From an uncultured delta proteobacterium (GTDB taxonomy: Bacteria; Myxococcota_A; Polyangia; Polyangiales; Polyangiaceae), in the NCBI GenBank assembly GCA_963806225.1, contig CAWDXG010000001.1, positions 1,696,001 through 1,760,000 on the forward strand: a stretch of DNA of 64,000 nucleotides, given 5' to 3'. Made by a program: the position numbers and the translations under genes. This document shows, in pieces, positions 62,683 to 64,000 of this stretch (the stretch's first letter is position 1; each line of letters opens with the position of its first letter). Under the pieces are notes generated by a model. The model had not been told where the DNA came from. It was given only the letters and a program-made list of their open reading frames with translations, and made no database searches.

Positions 62683-63550
62683 CCTTCGTCTTCCAGTTGG
62701 GCGCCTGGTTCTGGACAGCCCTACCGCGCCGGCACAACCGGCATCGGATTCATCGCCGCGTGCGACGGGTCGACCTGCAGGTCCACCTCGGTGCCGTTCG
62801 ACACCCTGCCGCCGCAGTTCCACCCAGCGAGCGGGGCAAAACGTTTTCTTCGGTCCCCATCGGTTTCGCGCCTGGCGGAGAGTGCACAACGAAGTGCGAT
62901 TTCAGCGTGGTGCCGGACACGTGCGGCGCGTGTGGCGCCTGCAGCAGCACGCTGGGCGGATCGCCGGGTTGGCGCGACGCGGGGCTTACCGTCCGGCCCT
63001 TCGCCGTGCTCCAGGGCAGCCCGAGCGACGCCATCTGCCGGCTGAAGTGCACCTTCGACACTGCGACCAACGGCGGATGTCCCACCGGCTACACCTGCGA
63101 CCCCGCCGAGTCGGTCTGCGTCGATGCGATCAGCCCGATACGACGAAGCCCGGTGCCTGCAGCCCCTACTGTGATCCGTCCGGCGGCGACGCAGGCGCCG
63201 CCTGCGGCAGCGGCGAAGTCTGCGAGCAGGTCAGCGGCAAGTCGTACGGCTTCTGCCGCAAGCTCGACCAGCTATGTTTCTCCGACGACGACTGCTACGG
63301 CATCCAGGCCTGCCTCGTAGAGGGCAACGACTTGAACGGTCGTTGCGTGGACGGCTGCACGTCGAACGGCGATTGCGCTTCCGGCGACGAGTGCGTCATC
63401 CACAGTGGCACCCGCGGAGTCTGTCGCGCGTCGGGTGCAGCCTGCTCGCCGTCGACGAACAACATCCAGCCACTACGGGGCGATGCGCAGTGCATCTCGA
63501 GCGAGATCTGCAGCTCCACGCAGCCCAATGTGCTGGGGACCCGCGGGTAG
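62679..63550 (+). pseudogene. Frameshifted Cys-rich protein lacking a signal peptide
   Basis: Cys-rich sequence switches from ORF 62679 to ORF 62627 near 63135. Confidence 0.5.
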
Positions 63551-63713
63551 CTAGTTCGCGACGAACCCGATCCACACGTGGCTCTCCGAGCCCAGCGTGG
63601 ACTGCAAGAACAGCATCGAGCCGCCATAGCGGTCGGCCAGCCCTCAACGCGGCGCCTTTGGGAAGCGACGGCTCGCTGGACGGATTGTCCAGCGAGTCCG
63701 GGGAGATACAAAG

Positions 63714-63791
63714 TGGTCGGGGCGAGTGGATTCGAACCACCGACCCCTTGACCCCCAGTCAAGTGCGCTAACCAAACTGCGCTACGCCCCG
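63714..63791 (-). tRNA. tRNA-Pro(GGG)
   Basis: Reverse strand reads CGGGGCGTAGCGCAGTTTGGTTAGCGCA-CTTGA CT GGG GG TCAAG-GGGTCGGTGGTTCGAATCCACTCGCCCCGACCA. Confidence 0.97.
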
Positions 63792-63831
63792 ACCGCCCCC
63801 GGCGACCGGGCGGGTCGTCGAGGGTGAGCGG

Positions 63832-63859
63832 AACGTAGTCGAACAGACCGCGAATGCAA
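63832..63859 (-). promoter_or_regulatory. Probable sigma70 promoter of tRNA-Pro
   Basis: Reverse strand TTGCAT, 16 nt, TACGTT. Confidence 0.45.
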
Positions 63860-64000
63860 GCCTGCCGTCGGGCTTTGTGCAGCGGCGGAGTCAGCCGCGG
63901 GTTTTGGGGCTTTCCGGGGCGGCTTCCTGCTCGTCCGGCTCGGCCGCCTGAGGCGGGTCGGACGCGGCGTCGGTCCGCTTGGAAATCCGCGCGATGTGCC

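Overview
High-GC bacterial DNA that looks myxobacterial (Polyangiaceae-like). This is inferred from the many Gly/Ser-linker Cys-rich lipoproteins, Hanks-type Ser/Thr kinases with TPR/PEGA-like partners, and Bor-like lipoproteins. Roughly 1-29 kb is mostly core or metabolic: an outer-membrane barrel, hutH, a lipase-like lipoprotein, an amidohydrolase, an AtuA/enoyl-CoA hydratase cluster, an AMMECR1 protein, tRNA-Val(CAC), engB, murJ, an MBL hydrolase and a phosphoesterase. Roughly 29-63.7 kb is an accessory zone of secreted proteins, an HNH nuclease, kinases and many gene remnants, ending at tRNA-Pro(GGG). The best candidate for an undescribed system is at 13289-15983. There a four-EF-hand NOX5-like NAD(P)H oxidase sits one base upstream of a pentaheme cytochrome c lipoprotein, and the oxidase lacks the His that lines the O2 site in NOX enzymes. 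This suggests a Ca2+-gated transmembrane electron conduit rather than a superoxide generator. Other signals are a 72-bp tandem array built on a perfect 20-bp palindrome, a LexA-box-like leaderless promoter on the HNH gene, pervasive leaderless promoter geometry, a degenerate kinase upstream of murJ, and an inverted pair of paralogous Cys-rich lipoproteins. Many genes are split by single-base frameshifts, probably in part sequencing error. All family calls come from motif recognition by eye, not database searches.
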